Assembly: GCA_002633005.1 (NCBI GenBank)
Contig: NMRA01001202.1
Span: 1-40,534 of the forward strand
Origin: Phoronis australis
Lineage: Eukaryota > Animalia > Phoronida
Length of the DNA stretch: 40,534 nt
Direction of reading: 5' to 3'
Both the position numbers and the translations under genes were made by a program. Below, piece after piece: positions 36,303 to 40,534 of this stretch. Each line of letters begins with the position of its first letter. Positions within the stretch are counted from its first letter, which is position 1. The notes under the pieces are model-generated. The model did no database searches. It had not been told where the DNA came from and saw only the letters and a list, made by a program, of their open reading frames with translations.

Positions 36303-37776
36303 TAAGCAAACTTGGAATCAATATCTTTTCATTTCACAAAAAACTAAGCGGTGAAGCAAGCTTTTTCTCGCAGATTACAATAAACTGTAAACGCAATTCC
36401 TGTTCTTCATACTACTCTAACACATTAGCATTCGTCTTCTACATAATTTCAAATTTAACCAGTACTTAAAACAGTATGGGGTTTCACATTTTCAATTTTA
36501 TAAAAAAAATTTAATACCTTTAATGAGACACTTTCATGGACAAAAATGAAATTCTCGAGTTGGGCTCATTCTTTTTGGAAAGCTCAGGGGGTCACGGAAA
36601 ACATGTTCTCCATGTTAGTGCAGGTAGACCGTAGTCTCTCACTGGAGATGATGTATGTTACAACGAAAATGGTGGATATTTTTTTTAAGATATTTAAAAA
36701 TAAGAATGTGATTTTGCTTTAACAATATCTGCATGGACAGGTCTAAGTTGTTATTTTTTCCAACATACCACCAAACTATAACACAACATAAAACATACTC
36801 TGTAAAGGTATAAAGGCTGGCAAACAGTATTTTTCAAACTAAACTACACAATGTCCTAATTTGACAAGGCTAATAAAATATTTGTTTCTTTTCCAATAGA
36901 ATCCAATCCAATTCTAGCTAAATCTCAACAAAAACAACTTATTGCGCAAGACAAATCACAAACAAAAAATTAAGGACTAGACACAATGTCGACATTCAGC
37001 TCTGACGAAAGTTCGACTACGTAAACTGACAAATTATTCTAGCAAGAAGTTTATCAAAATTTGGCAGTCTTGGAGACTTCTGTTGGCATCAGGTGATACA
37101 TAGTCACATCTAAAATGCTCTCTGTCCCCACCAAGGTTTGAACCCAGGACTTTCTGCTAACCCGTTAGTCAACACCTGATGTGATCAACATATTGCGTAT
37201 GTGAAGACCAACAGTTACACGACATCATTCACAGCGCAGTAAAAAAAAAGTGTTCAAGCATCAGGTTAAGGTTATGGGTGATCCTAGACAAATGTCTAAA
37301 CTTGGTAAAGCGGTTAACATATCTTGCAAATGGCTGATAGGATTCCAATAAAAACTTTCAGATCTTGTACTTTACGCTCTGTTCCCCATCAGGCTTTTAG
37401 AGATTGTCTTTTGACTGATCTACTTTGGCATGGGAGGGCTAGCTAAAACAGGGATTTTCAGTAATTTCATGAAAAACTCAAACGTTGATTGAAACGAAAA
37501 GGGTTCCTAAAAAGAAAACAGAATCGGCATTTTTCGGATTCCATCTTGAACATTTATATAAAAAGAAAATTGGTCATGTTATCGATTCCACTGTTTTGTT
37601 ATGAATGTATTCCCTTTTCCCGAATCTTATTAAAAATATGGTCAAGGGACCCAATTTATGGCAGATTGAATATAAAGTCATTATATGCGGACTCTCTACT
37701 TTCATGAATTAAAGTAGTGTTTTAAAAAGTTAAATTCCAAAGTTTGTAGATATTTGTCAGTAAGGTGCCACATAAC

Positions 37777-38368
37777 CTTATGTCCCGACATTAAACTTTG
37801 GGTTACTCATGTTGTTTCATTACGACAACTGATACTTCTGTCCTCTGATTGTCTGGAACAAAGTTTGATAATTTTGACCCACCACCCTGTGGAATAACAC
37901 TTCATTTACGCCACCAAGATGTCACGCAACTAGCAATGTGACCAATCAGATACCCTAAAAATCATAAACCCTGACAACAAAGTAAGCAAACAATGTCAGT
38001 ACATCAAACTTAGCATTAAAGAAGCATCAGTAGCCATTTAATAAAAGAAATATCAGGTAGATTAGGTTACATAGACCTGAGAGGTACATATGCTGCATTT
38101 AGGGTGATTCACTGGCAAGCAGCTTCAAATGCTGTAACAGCAATGGGGTCCTCCAACTTTGGCTAATCTGTTGACCTACAGACAGGGCACAGTAGCACGA
38201 ATGGTTATCACCGCTTCTGCGTAAGCGACAAAGATGTTCACTAACATGTGCTGTCAATGAGACCTGTTGTGTGGCCCTGATTTAGTAGCTTGAATGTACT
38301 GCGTCAGCTGAGGAAGACTCCTCCGCTTATCCGTGACTTTCATGAAGACAGGAAGCTGCTTGGAACCT
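37777..38368 (-). pseudogene. Decayed WD40 exons (possibly NACHT-WD/NWD-like)
   Basis: 37929-37777 is AG/GT bounded and reads LR/HLGGVNEVLFHRVVGQNYQTLF/SEDRSISCRNETT*VTQSLMSGHK (two frameshifts, one stop). About 38368-38100 reads SKQLPVFMKVTDKRRSLPQLTQYIQATKSGP/VSLTAH. Confidence 0.55.
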
Positions 38369-38691
38369 CTTTAAAATAAATAGAATAGTTTAAATTCCAT
38401 TTATGCAAACATGATAATGCTACATACAAAACTCTTCAATCAAAAATACGCATTACTGACAAAATTGTTTTCATGTTGACGTGCATAATACCTGTGACAA
38501 ATACATATACGAGTTTTGAAGAGTGAACAAGGATCCAGATTTATTGTCAGTAGTTGAATGTTGAATCTATAAGGAAATCAAGTAAATGGAAAATCTATTA
38601 TTCTCTGTTTCCACATTTTGACAAAGATAATTTATTTGTCAGCAGATTCAAACAAGATCACCCATCGCATTCAAGTATTGTATGTACTATA

Positions 38692-38994
38692 CAGTGGCGG
38701 ATTTAGGATACCATAAGGGGGGGGGCGGCCCAACATGTTGCCTCAGGGAATTGGGAAAAGCGCGATTGTATATGCACAGGGGGGCCCGAAAGTTGGGGGA
38801 GCTGAGGATGAAGACCTTCTGTTCCGAAAATTTATCGGTGGACCAAAAAAGGGGAACACGATTCTGGGATCTGAGACCCCTCCATCCGCTACCGGTTCTA
38901 GTTAGTGAACTCTCTTTTTCTTCACGCTTCACGCTGTTTCTGTTTCATTTTGCTGGTGGCAGCGAAGGGGGGAGGGGGCGGGCCCCCGCCTATG
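38692..38994. mobile_element. CAGTGGCGG...CCGCCTATG MITE with 5-bp TSD CTATA
   Basis: CTATA at 38687-38691 and 38995-38999. Homologous along its length to 33592-33904 and 14725-15024. Confidence 0.75.
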
Positions 38995-40288
38995 CTATAG
39001 ACAACTACATGTAAATACAACCTATAAATGAAAGCGTTGATGGAACAAACACGTTCCTGACAACCTTCAAGGACAATGACAACTGCATAAAAAGCTGAAA
39101 ATCACCTATCTTGCATAACGAAAAACTAATATTAACACAACTTAGATATGTCATTACCTCTGTATGCTCCTCACTCACATGGGAACGTTTGCCAGTGTAT
39201 CAAACATTACTGTATGCCACCATGTTTCAGTCCAGATGTTAAATGTTATCAACTTTATTTAGAGATGTCGACAACCTGCAAAAGACGCATATGCATATGT
39301 TACCTCACTCAGTCTAACATGGTTGCTTTTCAAACAGCGAATGCTGGGCAGTGGTTTGTAAGCTATTGTGCCAAAGCATGTGCTATGGACAGTATTATTT
39401 CCCTGGGCCACTTTTGTCTGTTACATACATTGGCGTATTGTTATGTGGGTCTGTACTGAGCAGAGAAAGGCAAAAATATCGTAGGCCAGAAAAGTCTAAT
39501 CATCTCTATGAGAACATTCAAAACCTGTCAACAGAACTTCAGAGAGTTGTGTTCTGTAACTTTTGTCTGATTGTCATCAATATTTAGACCTGATGACACC
39601 ACACAGCATACCAATGAAAAACTAATATTCATTAAATTGCACGGTTAAAAATGATATGAGTATTTCCACTTTATTTGCCAAAAATAACACTTTTACTCAA
39701 CAAGCGTTATCTGAACTTTTTCCTCAATAAAATAAGAAAGAATTACAGATCCCTGCTTAGGCCATTGGCGATGTCATAAGTGAGATATAAATGAAAACAC
39801 TTCCACCAATTACGAACAAATTGCGAGCTCCAAGCACTGGCGTATACACGGGGGATGAGGTGGCAGTTAAACGGTGCATGACAAGCTGTTCAATGCAAAA
39901 CACCTAACGGTACGGTACATTCATTGTATCCTAGCTCTTAATGATCTTAATCCTTTTCATTACAAAGGTCCCAGGTTGCCAGTCATTTCAGCCCCTCGGT
40001 CACAAACCCAACCATCCCAGTCAAACCACCTTTGGAAACAATTACCAAGACCAGAATAACATACAGAATGGGCAATAAAAATAATTCAAACAGAAACAAT
40101 AACTCACGACAAACAAATTCATGTCCACCATTCGAAGTTTTAGTTAACAGTTGCACACTAGATGTCGGAAATGCTTGCTTAATCTCAAAATCACTTGCGT
40201 GAACTTGGAATAGAAATTTATTCCATGTTCACTCATGATTCTAAGTTGAAGTACAACACAACAGCGCTTGGCATTGGTTTATCAGTAG

Positions 40289-40534
40289 GTGAACTTGGAA
40301 TCCTGCTTAATCTCAAGATCGTGTATATATGCGCGAACTTAGAATTGAACATTCATTTGGTCAATTAGGTGAAATTTTTTTTCAGTGTAAGGACTTTTTG
40401 TAGTTATTGGCCTCATGATCACCCATTTTCTCCTTAAACGTGAATTGTGTCAAGGATCGGGGGAATTATGTGAATGGTTAAAGCCATTGATAAGATCCGC
40501 TAGTAGTTGCAAAAGGATACATTATTTTATTAAC
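40289..40534 (+). mobile_element. Diverged independent copy of the GTGAACTTGGAATCC MITE, running off the window end
   Basis: The TIR plus internal sequence aligns by eye to 976-1240. Confidence 0.75.

Noticed and set aside
39250-39960. Further exon-like - strand blocks
   Set aside because: Stops in the frames examined and no recognisable motif.
35482-40258. Inverted TGTTGTACTTCAACTT ends as TIRs of a 4.8-kb element
   Set aside because: No TSD. The same short module occurs at about 16591 with different downstream sequence, so these look like independent MITE fragments.

Overview
AT-rich metazoan, probably invertebrate, genomic DNA from a fragmented, apparently heterozygous assembly (seven single-N joins and one 426-N gap). 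No prokaryotic features. The window holds two diverged copies of one segment (A about 1-16700; B about 25423-35580), each with a + strand tandem C2H2 zinc-finger ORF (8 fingers in A, 12 in B) whose substitutions cluster at DNA-contacting helix positions. Copy A carries a TIR-bounded, apparently non-autonomous DNA transposon (4479-9317, with its left end repeated at 1991-2875) that is absent from the matching site in B. Inside it is the most unusual feature: an intronless, decayed BIR (IAP)-like ORF with E2F/CCAAT promoter motifs that ends in two tandem histone-type 3' stem-loops, with no histone ORF recognised nearby. The remainder contains decayed - strand WD40 exons (APAF-1/NWD-like by eye), a truncated Ty3/Gypsy gag-protease remnant, a Helentron/HINE-like insertion, a possible THAP remnant, several MITE families and long DNA hairpins. 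All protein family calls come from manual translation and motif recognition, not database searches.
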